Positions 63,227 to 64,000 of a DNA stretch of 64,000 nt are shown here, piece after piece. The stretch covers positions 76,448,001-76,512,000 of the forward strand of contig CM052816.1 of NCBI GenBank assembly GCA_028534125.1, given 5' to 3'. Position 1 is the first letter of the stretch. Every line of letters begins with the position of its first letter. The notes under the pieces were generated by a model that did no database searches, was not told where the DNA came from, and was given only the letters and a program-made list of their open reading frames with translations. Made by a program: the position numbers and the translations under genes. The DNA comes from Lama glama (taxonomy: Eukaryota).

Positions 63227-63611
63227 ACGCATGCACACAGCCCACATCTTCTTTATCTATCCATCTGTGAATGGACATTTAAGTGGCTTCCAAATCTTGG
63301 CTATAATAAATAATGCTGTTATGAACGTTGGGGTGTATGTATCTTTTTGAATTAGTGTTTTCATTTTCTCCGGATATATACCCACGAGTGGAATTGCTGG
63401 ATCATGTGGTGGTTCTGTTTAGGTTTTTGAGGAACCCCCATGCTGTTTTCCACAGTGGCTGCACCAATTTACATTTCCACCAGCAGTGTTTCACTTTCAT
63501 CTTTTTTTGGAAAAGCAAAAATCCTCTTTGAATCTCTTTCGGTTAAGGAAAACAGATACTAATGTAGTTAAGAAAAATTAAAACAAACTTTTGAAAAGTG
63601 AGGGATATCTG
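62433..63611. mobile_element. TcMar-Tigger-type non-autonomous DNA transposon split by an L1
   Basis: Imperfect terminal inverted repeats 'taggttcccccactgtctgaaag' and 'cttttgaaaagtgagggatatctg', left end preceded by TA; halves 62433-62739 and about 63489-63611. Confidence 0.65.
62740..63488 (-). mobile_element. 5'-truncated L1 3' end
   Basis: 'tttcaggtgtacaacatagtgattcaca', 'gtggaattgctggatcatgtgg' and 'ggctgcaccaatttacattt'; internal (TA)n(CA)n at 63180-63238. Confidence 0.92.
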
Positions 63612-64000
63612 TTTATAGAATCATGCATGTTTTCCGCATGAGTATGAGACAGTCCAGTGCTGGCTGGGTGGGCTTGTCAATGCAAACCACACTTAGTTAA
63701 ACTTGGGGGTATTTTATAACACATTTAAGATGAAGTAGGTAACAAAATTGTATACGCTATTATTTTTGAATAATACTTTGAAGAAGTTTTCTTATGAGAG
63801 TGTATACGTAAGTTTTTAGGGCAGTGGGAACACTCTGAGTTTGAACAGAACAATAAAAATGTGTTTCAAGCAGCACAGATTGCTTTTGTCCTATGCCCTT
63901 CTTTGTTTCTAGTGTGTGGCAGAGTGCCTGCCCGCGGCTGTCCAGAAACTAATTGTTTAAAGAATATTGACTTTGTTTTAAAACAAAAATTTCTAACAGC

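Noticed and set aside
1..64000. CRISPR array, operon, miRNA/snRNA gene or processed pseudogene
   Set aside because: The DNA is mammalian, with no regularly spaced repeat-spacer units, no mature small-RNA sequence I recognise, and no mRNA-like ORF with poly(A) and TSD; a divergent element could be missed without a search.

Overview
AT-rich, repeat-dense mammalian non-coding DNA (intronic or intergenic), most likely from a camelid: four tRNA-Ala-derived SINEs resemble the camelid Vic-1 family. Three gaps of exactly 500 N split the window into four contigs, so adjacency across them is a scaffolding inference. I recognise no intact protein-coding gene, RNA gene or CRISPR array; the supplied ORFs are repeat-derived, microsatellite or gap translations, or unrecognisable short ORFs. 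Roughly half the window is transposon debris: L1 of several ages, L2, MIR, MaLR/ERVL LTRs, an ERV1-type solo LTR, an ERVL (HERV16-like) remnant with a readable integrase DDE region, and a Tigger-type MITE. Family names come from recalled consensus sequences, not a database search. The best-supported observations are retrotransposition footprints: a target site present three times at a twin-primed L1 plus SINE (46.2-46.7 kb), a second twin-primed L1, an L1 fused ORF1-to-ORF2 at a microhomology with a solo LTR inserted at the junction, and a possible 13-bp 3' transduction. Several unique, CpG-retaining islands carry splice-site-bounded exon candidates (24807-24965 minus, 7167-7298 minus, 39107-39208 plus) and may belong to unannotated transcripts or enhancers. 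I found no convincing evidence of a novel biological system.
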